Origin: an uncultured Collinsella sp.
Lineage (GTDB): Bacteria > Actinomycetota > Coriobacteriia > Coriobacteriales > Coriobacteriaceae
Direction: 5' to 3'
DNA: 64,000 nucleotides
Assembly: GCA_900543275.1 (NCBI GenBank)
Contig: UQQL01000001.1
Location: 39,674 to 103,673 of the forward strand
This document shows, in pieces, positions 1 to 9,518 of this stretch. Numbering within the stretch: position 1 is the first letter of the stretch; each line of letters begins with the position of its first letter. The position numbers and the translations under genes were made by a program. Under the pieces are notes generated by a model. It searched no databases. It saw nothing but the letters and a program-made list of their open reading frames with translations, and had not been told where the DNA came from.

Positions 1-1
1 C

Positions 2-549
2 CATGACGTCGACGACGATGACCTAAAGCCTCTCGGCGATCCCAACAGCCTGTACGACGATGATGACGATGACGACGAGGATGGCGGCGAAGCAACGCTC
101 TCTGAGCAGAACCTCTACCGCCGACTGAGCGAATACTACGACCTGCTCGAAGATCTCGACAGCCAGGTCCGTGGCTGCGCGCAGAACTTCAACGGCAACT
201 ATCTGGAAGAGGATCGAACCACCCGTCAAAATCTCGCCGACGTCGCCGAGCGCACGGAGGACACCATCGAGCAGTATTACGACATCGTCGAGGACCTGGA
301 CGTCCCGACGAGCTCCAAGAACTACAGCTCCTGGAAGGATATCATCGCCCTGTACGACGACCTGGATCACCGCATTGACGCAATCTGTGATGCCTGGGAG
401 ATCAGCCTGAAATACGCCAAGCCTGCGGACCACAAGAATGAGATCGTGGCGCCGCTGTCGCGCGACAACGTGGCGGGCACCAATGACAATAAGTACCGCC
501 TAGACTTTGAGGAGCGCTATCCCGGCGCCAAGCCCGTCGAGGTGAACTA
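2..549 (+). CDS. hypothetical acidic protein, 5'-truncated at window edge (C-terminal 182 aa)
   Basis: Frame 2 is open from nt 2 to the TAG at 547-549 with GC3-rich codon usage typical of this genome. Product is Asp/Glu-rich. The ORF track misses it only because there is no in-frame Met. The 23..433 minus-strand ORF is its antisense shadow. Confidence 0.55.
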
Positions 550-568
550 GCGCTTTGTCGTTCCCGAG

Positions 569-626
569 CCGGTAGTTAGGGACGTTCCTAAACTGCCGGC
601 AGAAAAGGAACGTCCCTAACTACCGG
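569..626 (+). repeat. long perfect hairpin containing the GGGACGTTCCTAAA motif (family A copy 1)
   Basis: ccggtagttagggacgttcctaaa ... aggaacgtccctaactaccgg, a 22-bp stem. It lies immediately after the stop of the upstream CDS. Confidence 0.6.
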
Positions 627-630
627 TCAA

Positions 631-670
631 AAAAACGAGCAAGGATCGCGGGGTCCTCGCTCGTTTTTTT
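631..670. terminator. bidirectional rho-independent terminator between the partial CDS (+) and topA (-)
   Basis: aaaaaaacgagc-aaggatcgcggggtcc-tcgctcgttttttt: a GC stem flanked by an A-run on one side and a T-run on the other. Confidence 0.7.
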
Positions 671-692
671 GGGCAATGTTTCGACTGCGCCG

Positions 693-3284
693 TTACTTGT
701 CGGCGGCTGTTTTCTTGGCAGTCGACTTCTTCGCGGTCGTCTTCTTGGCGGCAGTGGCTTTCTTAGCCGTGGTCTTCTTGGCCGTCGTCTTCTTCGCCGT
801 GCTCGCCTTGGTTGTGGTCTTGCGGCCGCGGGCAGGCTTCTTCTCCTTGGTCGGGCAGTCCATGTTCACGCAGATACGCCACGGGCCGCGCGCCGTGTTG
901 ACCACCACGATGGGAGCGCCGCACTCGGGACAGGTCTCGCCCGTCGCCTCGAGTTTTCCACGCGCCGGCAGTGGATAGCTCACGCCGCAATCGTCATAGT
1001 TGGTGCAGCGGATAAAGCGCTTGCCGCTCTTCTCGCTCTTGTGTGCGATCAGGTCGCCATGGCGTCCGGCCTCGGCACACACCTTGCACTCGCCCACCTT
1101 AAGGTCGGGCTCGTAGTTGGTGGGACACGTCGGGTTCACGCAGATCTCGAAAGCCTTCTGGCGGAACGGCTGACACTTAATGCGCGGCGCACCGCATTCG
1201 GGGCACACGGCGGCCTCGCCCTCGAGCGGGCTCACCTTGACGCCGCTCGGCACCGGATAGGTCACGTCGCAGTCGGGCCAGCCCATGCAGCCGATAAAGC
1301 TGCCGCGGGTCTTGGCGCTCGTCTTCATAACCAGGTCCTTGCCGCACTTGGGGCAGGCGCCCACGCGCGCATCGGCCGTGACGGCGTCGCTGATGGCGTC
1401 GCCGAGCTCCTGCGTATGCTTGAGCAGCTCGTCGAGCACGCCGGCCAGCAGCGCACGCGAGTGCGTCACGACATGTTCTTCGGTGTCCTCGCCGCGCTCG
1501 ACGCGAGTCATGTCGCCGTCGAGCTCGCTGGTCATATCGGGGCTCGTTATGCGCGGGGCAAACTGCGTCAGCGCGTCGATGATGGCGATGCCCAGCTGGC
1601 TCGGCTCAACGGGATCGTTTTTGAGATAGCGCACGGCATACAGGCGCTCGATGATGCTCGCGCGCGTGGACTTGGTGCCCAGGCCGCGCTTTTCCATCTC
1701 CTGCACGAGCTTGCCCTGGCTGTAGCGCGCGGGCGGCTCGGTCTGCTTGGCCTCAAGCTTAATGTCGAACACGTCGACCGTGTCGCCCTGCTCCAGCGGC
1801 GGCATCTGCTCGTCGCGCTTGAGCCCGTACGGGTACGCCTCGCGGAAGCCCGGGGTCACGAGCACGTCGCCCGAGGCCACGAACGGCTCGCCGCTCACGT
1901 CGAGCTCGAGCTTGGTGTTCTCGATGGTCGCGGGACCCATAAGCGTCGCCAGGAAGCGGCGGGCGATGAGGTCGTAGAGCTTACGCTGGCCGCCATCGAG
2001 CGTGGACGGATCGCCCTCGCCCGTGGGATAGATAGGCGGGTGGTCGGTGGTCTCGACTTTGCCGCGCGTGGGCTTCATAGGGCCGGCAAGCACCTTTTTG
2101 CACACGGGCGCCAGCGCCGGGTTGATCTTTGCCAGGTCGCTCACCACGGCGCCCAGATCGAGCGTCGCAGGGTACACGGTGTTGTCGACACGCGGATAGC
2201 TGATGAGGCCCGCCATGTAGAGGGACTCGGCGATGCGCATGGTACGTGCAGGTGAGATGCCCTCGGCCGCGGCGGCAGCCTGCAGCGAGGTCGTCGCAAA
2301 CGGGGTGGGCGGCTGCTGCTTGCGGGAGCGCTTGGTCACCGCGGCGACGGTTGCCGTCGTAGCGCCGTCGACGTGGCCGTACGCCGTCTCGGCAGCATCT
2401 TTATCGGTAAAACGTGCCGTCTTGTGCGCAATCTTAAAGCGGTCATCCTCGGCAGCACCCTGAGCGGCACCCATGCCGCGAATCTGCCAATAGTCCTCGG
2501 GCACAAACGCCATGCGCTCGCGCTCGCGCTCGACCACCAAGGCAAGCGTCGGCGTCTGCACGCGGCCGGCGGAGCGCACGTTGCCAAAGCCGCCAAACTT
2601 GGCGAGCGTCAGGTAGCGCGTGAGCACCGCACCCCAAATGAGGTCGATGTGCTGGCGGCTCTCGCCGGCGTCGGCCAGATTCTGGTCGAGCGAGACAAGA
2701 TTATCGAAGGCCTGCGTGATCTCGGCCTTGGTAAACGAAGAATACTGGGCGCGGGCGACCGGCAAGTCGGGCGCCACCTCGCGCACCTTGTTGAGGGCGT
2801 CCGAACCGATCAGCTCGCCCTCGCGATCGAAGTCCGTGGCGATGATGACGCTGTCGGACTTTTTGGCGAGGTTCTTAAGCGAGCGGATGAGCTCTTTCTC
2901 GGCCGGAAGCTTAATGACGGGCGCCCAGGTGAGATAGGGCAGGCTCTCGAGCTTCCAGCCCTTGATGGAAATGCCATCGGCAAGGAACGGCTTGCGCTTG
3001 GTGTCGTACGGCGGGCGGGCCAGGCCATCGGGCATATCGGCCGGCAGCATTTCGCCGTCCTCCGTGACCGAATACCAGCCCAACTTTTTATCGAACAGCA
3101 CACTGTCGCAAAAATCGGGTGCCAGGATGTGACCGGCAAGGCCGATGGTCACGCACTCCTCGCCCTTCCACTCAAAACGGTAGATGGCGGTGTTGTACAC
3201 CTTGTCCTTTTTGGGTTTGCCCGTGGACAGACGCTCGGCAATCTGACGCGCGGCGTCGTTTTTCTCTGCGATGATGAGCTTCAA
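693..3284 (-). CDS. topA: DNA topoisomerase I (type IA) with C-terminal zinc ribbons and a lysine-rich tail
   Basis: Toprim N-terminus (IIAEKNDAARQIA) and a type IA core (GVQTPTLALVVERERE). Several C4 zinc-ribbon motifs are present (CPKCGKD, CPECGAP). C-terminal KKTTAKK repeats. TTG start at 3284 preceded by AGGAG. Confidence 0.95.
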   Translation of the reverse strand: MKLIIAEKNDAARQIAERLSTGKPKKDKVYNTAIYRFEWKGEECVTIGLAGHILAPDFCDSVLFDKKLGWYSVTEDGEMLPADMPDGLARPPYDTKRKPFLADGISIKGWKLESLPYLTWAPVIKLPAEKELIRSLKNLAKKSDSVIIATDFDREGELIGSDALNKVREVAPDLPVARAQYSSFTKAEITQAFDNLVSLDQNLADAGESRQHIDLIWGAVLTRYLTLAKFGGFGNVRSAGRVQTPTLALVVERERERMAFVPEDYWQIRGMGAAQGAAEDDRFKIAHKTARFTDKDAAETAYGHVDGATTATVAAVTKRSRKQQPPTPFATTSLQAAAAAEGISPARTMRIAESLYMAGLISYPRVDNTVYPATLDLGAVVSDLAKINPALAPVCKKVLAGPMKPTRGKVETTDHPPIYPTGEGDPSTLDGGQRKLYDLIARRFLATLMGPATIENTKLELDVSGEPFVASGDVLVTPGFREAYPYGLKRDEQMPPLEQGDTVDVFDIKLEAKQTEPPARYSQGKLVQEMEKRGLGTKSTRASIIERLYAVRYLKNDPVEPSQLGIAIIDALTQFAPRITSPDMTSELDGDMTRVERGEDTEEHVVTHSRALLAGVLDELLKHTQELGDAISDAVTADARVGACPKCGKDLVMKTSAKTRGSFIGCMGWPDCDVTYPVPSGVKVSPLEGEAAVCPECGAPRIKCQPFRQKAFEICVNPTCPTNYEPDLKVGECKVCAEAGRHGDLIAHKSEKSGKRFIRCTNYDDCGVSYPLPARGKLEATGETCPECGAPIVVVNTARGPWRICVNMDCPTKEKKPARGRKTTTKASTAKKTTAKKTTAKKATAAKKTTAKKSTAKKTAADK

Positions 3285-3338
3285 AAGAGGCTCCTATCTC
3301 GTGTGTCTGCGGCTGCGCCCGCCCTCTTGGCGGCCGAC

Positions 3339-4022
3339 TTACGCCCTTGCTTGCTCAATCTGCCCGATGAGCCAATCGCACCAGGCATCCATGCCCTCGC
3401 CCTTGCGCGCGCTCACGGCAAACCGCGGCGCCTGCGGATTGAGGTCATCGAGTGTCTTAGTATACCTATCCATGTCAAAATCGAAAGCCGGGGCCACGTC
3501 GACCTTATTGAGCAGCTGCGCGCCGGCGTGCTGGAAGATGCCCGGGTACTTGATGGGCTTGTCGTCGCCCTCGGGCACCGAGAGGATCATGATGGACAGG
3601 TTCTCGCCCAGGTCAAAGTCGACCGGGCAGACCAGGTTACCCACATTTTCGATAAAGATGACGTCGATGTTCTCCAGACCGACGGCCTGGTCGAAGGCGT
3701 CGACGGCCTCCATGATCATGTTGCCCTCGAGGTGGCACAGGCCGCCCGTGTTGATCTGGATGGCGGGCATGCCGGCTTCCTTCATGGTGATGGCGTCGAC
3801 GTCCGAGGCGATATCGCCCTCGATAACGGCACAGCGCAGGCTGGCTTTGTCACGCAGGCGCTCGTTGGTGCTCAGAATCGTGGTGGTCTTACCCGAGCCA
3901 GGGCTCGACAGCACATTGATCACGTAGGTGTTCGTCTGCTCAAACCGCTGACGCAGCTGATCTGCCAGGCGCTCGTTGCGCGACAGGATCGGCGACGCGA
4001 TATCAATCGTTTTCTCGGCCAT
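3339..4022 (-). CDS. hypB: hydrogenase nickel incorporation GTPase HypB
   Basis: P-loop SSPGSGKTT, ENVGNLVCP and CxxC motifs are typical of HypB rather than UreG. It sits directly downstream of hypA. Confidence 0.85.
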   Translation of the reverse strand: MAEKTIDIASPILSRNERLADQLRQRFEQTNTYVINVLSSPGSGKTTTILSTNERLRDKASLRCAVIEGDIASDVDAITMKEAGMPAIQINTGGLCHLEGNMIMEAVDAFDQAVGLENIDVIFIENVGNLVCPVDFDLGENLSIMILSVPEGDDKPIKYPGIFQHAGAQLLNKVDVAPAFDFDMDRYTKTLDDLNPQAPRFAVSARKGEGMDAWCDWLIGQIEQARA

Positions 4023-4077
4023 ACTTAGCGCTCCTTACTTTGGCCCCTTTATACCCCATCATTAGATGGCTAGCGGG

Positions 4078-4434
4078 CTAATCGTCGGGGGTTTCGATTT
4101 CGATACTTGCGATATCGAGCTCGCGGCCGTGCAGCAGGCGCACGTTGGCGCCGCCACACTGGGGGCAGCGACAATGGAAACGGTCGTGCTCAAAGACCTC
4201 GCCGCAGTCCAGGCACTCGCTTTGTGGATGGACCTCCTCCACGGCAAGCTCGCAGCCGCGCGTGAGCGGGTCCTCATCGCGAAACGTCTCCCACGCAAAG
4301 TCGAGTGCCTCGCGCACGACCTCGGTCATATCCCCGATACGAAGCGTTACCAAAACGGCGCGCGAGGCCCCCGCCCCACGCGCCGCGCGAATCACTGTAT
4401 CGAGTATGCCGTTGACAATGCCAACCTCGTGCAT
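4078..4434 (-). CDS. hypA: hydrogenase nickel insertion protein HypA
   Basis: N-terminal MHE nickel site and two CxxC pairs (CLDCGEVF...CPQCGG), 118 aa. Confidence 0.9.
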   Translation of the reverse strand: MHEVGIVNGILDTVIRAARGAGASRAVLVTLRIGDMTEVVREALDFAWETFRDEDPLTRGCELAVEEVHPQSECLDCGEVFEHDRFHCRCPQCGGANVRLLHGRELDIASIEIETPDD

Positions 4435-4440
4435 ACCGAT

Positions 4441-5232
4441 TTACTCCTCGTCGTCCTCGTCGTCCGAGAACAGGTCCAGACGGCTCACGAACAGGCCCTC
4501 CTTGCCCTCGCGCGCGGTAATGACCACGCGAGCGATGGCGAGCGAAATCTCGTAGAGCGAGAGCAGGGCGCCATACATGAGACCCAGCGTAACGGGCGAG
4601 CCGTCGGGCGTAATCACAGCCGAGCCCACAAGCAGGCCTACGTACACGTAGCGCCAGGCGCTGCGGAAGGCCGCATAGGACACGATGTGAAAGACGGACA
4701 GATAGAAGATGATGAGCGGCAGCTCAAACGCCACACCAAAGCCGATCATAAAGAGCAGCTCCATGTTGACGTAGTTCTCCAGGTCGGGCAGCGCCGTAGC
4801 GACGGCCGAGGTCTCGCCGATGAGCCACTCAAAGCCCGCCGGGATGATGATGAAATAGCAGAAGATGGCACCCAGGAAGAACAGCACCGTCGAGGCGAGC
4901 ACCGTGGGCACGACCCACTTGCGCTCGTTGGGGCGCAGCGCCGGCAGGAAAAATGCCAGGATCTGCCAGATGATCATGGGCGTGCACATGACCACGGCCA
5001 TCTTGATGGCCAGCGAGAAGCGCAGGCCAAAGCCGCCGAGTGTGGTGGTGATGTAGAACTTACCGTCCGGCACAAACGAGCGGATGGGGTCTTCCAGGAT
5101 ATCGAGCACCACGGGCGTGGCAAAGTACAGCACGATGGCGGCGGCAAACACCGACACGACCACGATGGTCAGGCGGCGACGGAGCTCTCCCAAGTGATCG
5201 AAGAGCGGCATTCGCGCGGGTCCGATAGGCAT
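4441..5232 (-). CDS. tatC: twin-arginine translocase subunit TatC
   Basis: MPLFDHLGELRRRL signature and six predicted TM helices. The start overlaps the tatA stop (TAATG). Confidence 0.9.
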   Translation of the reverse strand: MPIGPARMPLFDHLGELRRRLTIVVVSVFAAAIVLYFATPVVLDILEDPIRSFVPDGKFYITTTLGGFGLRFSLAIKMAVVMCTPMIIWQILAFFLPALRPNERKWVVPTVLASTVLFFLGAIFCYFIIIPAGFEWLIGETSAVATALPDLENYVNMELLFMIGFGVAFELPLIIFYLSVFHIVSYAAFRSAWRYVYVGLLVGSAVITPDGSPVTLGLMYGALLSLYEISLAIARVVITAREGKEGLFVSRLDLFSDDEDDEE

Positions 5233-5819
5233 TACTCATCGCCTCCCTTCGAGGCGTCGGCGGCAGTGGCTTCGTCCTCGGCCTCGAGCTCGCGAGCGAG
5301 CTGGTCGACGACAGCCTTGCGCTTGCGGGGACGACGGGCGTAGAGGTCAGCCGTCGTGGGCTCTGCCGGCTCGGGCTCGGGCTCTGCAGCAGGCTCGGGC
5401 TCGACGGCAGGCTCGGCGGCAGCGGCAGGCTCGGCCTCGGCACCCTCGGCCTCGGACTCCTCAGCAGCACCCTCGCCCTCGGCGGCAGCCTCGCTCGCGG
5501 CCTTCTCGGCAGCAAGGCGGGCACGACGCTCGGCAAAGGTCTCCTTCTTGGCGGGCGCTACCGTCTCGGCGGCATCCTCGTCCGCATCGGAATCGTCATC
5601 GACGGCAGCCTTCTTGGGCTTGACCGGAGCCGAAGCGGCCTCGCTTACCGGATCGATGATCTCGGACTGGACAACCGCCGTCATCTTTTCCTGCGTCTCG
5701 CGGAACTGACGGATGGCACGGCCGATCGTACGGCCCATCTGCGGGAGCTTATCCGGGCCAAACAGCAAAAAGCCGAAGACCACGATGATTGCCAGCTCAC
5801 CTTCTCCAATACCAAACAC
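5232..5819 (-). CDS. tatA: Sec-independent translocase TatA/TatB family protein with a long Ala/Glu-rich tail
   Basis: FGIGEGELAIIVVFGFLLFGPDKLP TatA signature. Probable GTG start at 5819, 5 nt after GGAGG. The track's upstream Met extension is unlikely to be real. Confidence 0.75.
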   Translation of the reverse strand: MFGIGEGELAIIVVFGFLLFGPDKLPQMGRTIGRAIRQFRETQEKMTAVVQSEIIDPVSEAASAPVKPKKAAVDDDSDADEDAAETVAPAKKETFAERRARLAAEKAASEAAAEGEGAAEESEAEGAEAEPAAAAEPAVEPEPAAEPEPEPAEPTTADLYARRPRKRKAVVDQLARELEAEDEATAADASKGGDE

Positions 5820-5972
5820 ACATACCTCCAAGGCTCGATGTGATTCGAGCCCGCACCGCGCCATTCGGCCGGAACTCGTCTATTCATTCGGTCAAGTATA
5901 GCGCCCGGACGCCAAAACGTCCGAGCGCATCACAAACATATGCCAAACGGCACGCCCTTTTGGGGACAAAGA

Positions 5973-6287
5973 TTATGCAGCGGTGATCGAAATCTCCTGG
6001 TCGACGCCCAACAGCTGAACCACGCGCATCACCGGGGGCTGCACGTTGACGCAGCTAAAACGCTTACTATGATCAGCTGCGTGGTGTGCGGCGCCCACAA
6101 GCACGCCAATGCCCGTCGAATCGATGTAGCTCACCTGGGCAAAATCGAGCTCAACGGCCTCAGTGGGCTGCTCGAGCGCCAGGTCGATGGCATTGCGCAG
6201 GCTATCGGCGTTAGAGATATCGATCTCACCGGTCACCTTAATGGTGTAGAGCTCTGGCGTGGGGTTGGTAGAAATACCCAAATCCAT
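5973..6287 (-). CDS. STAS-domain anti-sigma factor antagonist-like protein
   Basis: SpoIIAA-like pattern (LDFAQVSYIDSTGIGVLV) and an AAAGGAG RBS. Confidence 0.7.
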   Translation of the reverse strand: MDLGISTNPTPELYTIKVTGEIDISNADSLRNAIDLALEQPTEAVELDFAQVSYIDSTGIGVLVGAAHHAADHSKRFSCVNVQPPVMRVVQLLGVDQEISITAA

Positions 6288-6353
6288 GTATACGCTCCTT
6301 TACGTATCGAAAGTGCGGATAGTACTAGGCGCGGACTTGCGGGGCCCTACGCG

Positions 6354-7658
6354 TTAGGCGCGCTCGGTACGCGCAAGCTCGGCAGCGACGAGCTTGACAG
6401 CCAGCACCAGCACATCGAGCGCAGCCTCCAGGTCCTCGACCGTGGGATAGCTCGGCGCGATGCGGATGTTGGTGTCGCGCGGATCCTTGCCATAAGGCCA
6501 GGTGGCACCAGCCGGCGTGAGCTTGACGCCCAGGTCGGCACAAAGCGCGGCGACCTTTTGGGCCGAGCCCTCGGGACCATCGAAGCTCACAAAGTAGCCG
6601 CCGCGGGGATGCGTCCAAGTGGCGCAACCCGTATCGCCCAGACCCTCGGTGAGCTTGCGCTCAACGGCCTCAAAGCGCGGGCGCAGGAACTCGGCATGCT
6701 TTTTCATGTGTTCCTTGACCGCCTCGATGGTGGGAAGGAAGCGCACGTGGCGCAGCTGGTTGAGCTTATCGGCGCTAATAAGACCGGCCTTCAGGCGCTT
6801 GGAGAACTCGGCGATGACCGCGGGGCTCGCACCGATAAAGCCGATGCCGGCGCCCGGGAAGGTGATCTTGGACGTCGAGGCAAAGGCCACCACGCGATCC
6901 TCGGTGCCCGCCGCGCGAGCGAGGTCAAAGATATTTGCGAGCTCGTCGGTCTCGTCGTACAGGTCGTGCACGCAGTAAGCGTTGTCCCAAAAGATGCGGA
7001 AATCGGGCGCGGCCGTGGGCATCTCGACCAGGCGGCGCACAGTGTCCTCGCTAAAGGTGATGCCCGTGGGGTTGGAATACTTGGGCACGCACCAGATGCC
7101 CTTGATGGAATCGTCGGCGGCAACCAGGCGCTCAACCTCGTCCATGTCGGGGCCGTTGTCGGTCATCGCGACGGGGACGTTCTCGATGCCCAAGTCGGCG
7201 GTGATGCCAAAGTGGCGATCGTAGCCGGGAACGGGGCACAGGAACTTGACCTTCTTGCCGTCGTGCGCGGCCTCGTAGGCGTCCCAGGGCTCGCTGCCGC
7301 ACGAGCCACAGCGCCAGAACATGCCGGCGATGTCATGCTCAATCAAAAGGCTCGATGAGCCCAGTACGAGCGTCTGCTCGGCAGGACAACCCAGGAACTC
7401 CCCCGCCAGCTTGCGTGCCGAGGGAATGCCCTCGAAGCAACCGTAGTTGGAGCAGTCGACATTGCCGTCGTGCAGATCGGCATCGGCATTGAGGATATCG
7501 AGCATGGGGCGAGAAATGTTCACCTGGGAGGGCGACGGCTTGCCGCGCGCCATGTCGAGCGCCAGGCCCTTGGCCTTGACCTCGGCAACCTCGGCTTTAA
7601 GCGCCTCGATGGCGGCATCGAGTTCGGTGGTTTCCATCTTCTGGTAGATCGTCTGCAT
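6354..7658 (-). CDS. PLP-dependent aminotransferase (class I/II fold, aspartate-aminotransferase-like family)
   Basis: 434 aa with an SKITFPGAGIG lysine region and overall fold-type I aminotransferase layout. Confidence 0.75.
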   Translation of the reverse strand: MQTIYQKMETTELDAAIEALKAEVAEVKAKGLALDMARGKPSPSQVNISRPMLDILNADADLHDGNVDCSNYGCFEGIPSARKLAGEFLGCPAEQTLVLGSSSLLIEHDIAGMFWRCGSCGSEPWDAYEAAHDGKKVKFLCPVPGYDRHFGITADLGIENVPVAMTDNGPDMDEVERLVAADDSIKGIWCVPKYSNPTGITFSEDTVRRLVEMPTAAPDFRIFWDNAYCVHDLYDETDELANIFDLARAAGTEDRVVAFASTSKITFPGAGIGFIGASPAVIAEFSKRLKAGLISADKLNQLRHVRFLPTIEAVKEHMKKHAEFLRPRFEAVERKLTEGLGDTGCATWTHPRGGYFVSFDGPEGSAQKVAALCADLGVKLTPAGATWPYGKDPRDTNIRIAPSYPTVEDLEAALDVLVLAVKLVAAELARTERA

Positions 7659-7808
7659 GGGGTGCGACCTTTCGCGAAGCGGTACGTTGCAGTTCGTCTA
7701 AGTATAGACCGCCATCGTCGCAACGTTATGAAGCCGTGATAGATTAAGTTCATCGCAATCAATTACGAATCGCCGCGCATGCCGGCGTGGGGCGCCCAAG
7801 GAGGCACT

Positions 7809-8063
7809 ATGGAGTACGGATCGTTTCAGGCCGAGGAATTCGGCGACTTGCAGCGCCTGGTCGACGGACTGTTTTACGACCGCCACGCCATCGACCGCCT
7901 GGATCTGATCGTACAGGCCGAAATCTTGGACCTGGCGCCCGACCTCATGGAGATCGTGAATCTTTTGCCGCCCGGCTACTACGACCGCCAGTCACTTTGC
8001 GACCAGCTCAACTCCGCCTTGGCCGCCCACGGCTGGGGCGCCGTCTACGGCACCGTGGAATAA
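7809..8063 (+). CDS. small hypothetical protein
   Basis: GGAGG followed 5 nt later by ATG at 7809. Compact 84-aa ORF, followed by the family A hairpin and a terminator. Confidence 0.5.
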   Translation: MEYGSFQAEEFGDLQRLVDGLFYDRHAIDRLDLIVQAEILDLAPDLMEIVNLLPPGYYDRQSLCDQLNSALAAHGWGAVYGTVE

Positions 8064-8067
8064 AACC

Positions 8068-8094
8068 AGTCATTGGGGACGTTCTTAAATGACT
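8068..8094 (+). repeat. family A hairpin motif copy 2 (agtcatt-GGGGACGTTCTTAA-atgact)
   Basis: 7-bp stem around the conserved 14-nt loop, directly after the stop codon. Confidence 0.6.
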
Positions 8095-8095
8095 A

Positions 8096-8134
8096 AAACG
8101 CCGCCTGTGATGGTGTTCACAGGCGGCGTTTTTA
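8096..8134 (+). terminator. rho-independent terminator
   Basis: aaaacgccgcctgtga-tggtgt-tcacaggcggcgttttt. Confidence 0.75.
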
Positions 8135-8159
8135 AACTTGCACAAACTTGTATGTGCTC

Positions 8160-9518
8160 TTACTCGTCCTTGGGCGCGGGGTGTTTGCAGACCACGCTCA
8201 TGTAGATCATGCCCAGCACCGCGGCGGTGACAGAACCGGCAAGAATGGCGGCCTTGGCGGCCAGGACCTCAAACTGAGCCGTGGGAAAGGCGAGGCCACT
8301 GATGAGAATCGACATGGTAAAGCCGATGCCGCCCAAAATGCCCACGCCGGCGATCATGTGCCAGTTAACGTTATGCGGCAACTCGGAAATCTTGAGTTTA
8401 ACCAGGGCAAACGTCATGCCAAAGATACCGATCGGCTTGCCCAGCAGCATGCCAAAGTACACGCCGAGCGTCACCGGATCGGTGAGCAGCGTGCTCATGT
8501 CCACGCCCACTAAGCGAACCTGAGCGTTTACGAACGCAAAGATCGGCAGGATCACAAAGTTGACCGGCGTGGAGATCAGACGCTCCATACGGATAAGCGG
8601 CGGGGTCACGCGGTGCATGACGCGCTCGACCTTGGTAGTCGAGACGGTAAAGTCATGCTGGCCCAGGATGTGTGCCTCGTCGTCGTAGCGGTCATCGAGC
8701 AGCGGCAGGCACTCGCCCAGCCAATCGGTGAGACTATCGAGCTTGACGCCGCACTTGGCCGGAATGGTGAAGGCCAGGATGACGCCAGCAAGCGTGGCAT
8801 GTACGCCGCTCTTGAACATGCAGAACCACAACAGCAGCCCCAGTACCGAATACGGGGCAAGGCGGTAATGCTGCGTCTTGTTGAGCCACACGAGCGCGCA
8901 GGTCACAAGCGCGGCGGCGCCCAACCAAAACGGATTGGGGCTCTGACCGTAGAAAATGGCGATGGCGGCGATGGAGATCAGGTCGTCGGCGATGGCGAGC
9001 GTCGAGAAGAACACGCGCACGCCGTTGGGCACGCGATTGCCCAAAAGCGACAGCACGCCCAGCGCAAAGGCAATATCGGTTGCCATGGGGATGGCCCAAC
9101 CGTTACGGGCACCGGCATGGTTAAAGATCAGGTAGATGCAGGCGGGAACGACGACGCCGCCCACCGCCGCCAACATGGGAAGCATGGCCTGACGCGGATT
9201 CTTGAGCTCGCCGACCGTCATCTCGTACTTAAGCTCAATGCCCACCAACAAAAAGAAAATCGCCATGAGGAAGTCGTTGACGAAAAGCTCAACGGTGAGA
9301 CCAGCCGTAAGGTTGCCCAGACCCACATACAGCGGGGTCTCCAAAAAGTGATGGATGGCCTCGTAGGCATCGGTATTGGCGCAGATGACGGCGGCGATGG
9401 CGGCGATCACCATGACGGCGGCAGAAATGGTGCCGTTCTCGGCAATGCGCTCCCAGATGTCGTGACGTTCAAAGCGCTTGCGCTCACGAACATTGAACAG
9501 CTGCTCAGTTGCTGCCAT
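8160..9518 (-). CDS. nhaA: Na+/H+ antiporter NhaA
   Basis: NhaA family TM topology and conserved motifs; AAAGGAG RBS. Confidence 0.9.
   Translation of the reverse strand: MAATEQLFNVRERKRFERHDIWERIAENGTISAAVMVIAAIAAVICANTDAYEAIHHFLETPLYVGLGNLTAGLTVELFVNDFLMAIFFLLVGIELKYEMTVGELKNPRQAMLPMLAAVGGVVVPACIYLIFNHAGARNGWAIPMATDIAFALGVLSLLGNRVPNGVRVFFSTLAIADDLISIAAIAIFYGQSPNPFWLGAAALVTCALVWLNKTQHYRLAPYSVLGLLLWFCMFKSGVHATLAGVILAFTIPAKCGVKLDSLTDWLGECLPLLDDRYDDEAHILGQHDFTVSTTKVERVMHRVTPPLIRMERLISTPVNFVILPIFAFVNAQVRLVGVDMSTLLTDPVTLGVYFGMLLGKPIGIFGMTFALVKLKISELPHNVNWHMIAGVGILGGIGFTMSILISGLAFPTAQFEVLAAKAAILAGSVTAAVLGMIYMSVVCKHPAPKDE

Noticed and set aside
23-433. 136-aa minus-strand ORF at the window start
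   Set aside because: It overlaps an open plus-strand frame with much better codon usage that runs from nt 2 to a stop at 549. This is a likely antisense artefact.
5940-7358. 472-aa plus-strand ORF overlapping the STAS and aminotransferase genes; likewise 669..2255, 2373..4028, 8613..9707, 9858..10745, 14290..15819, 18340..20976, 23610..24560, 26398..27060 (minus), 32408..33670, 40841..42337, 47486..48919 and 60192..61736
   Set aside because: All are antisense or out-of-frame shadows of well-supported genes and have low-complexity Arg/Ala/Gly composition typical of GC-rich artefacts.
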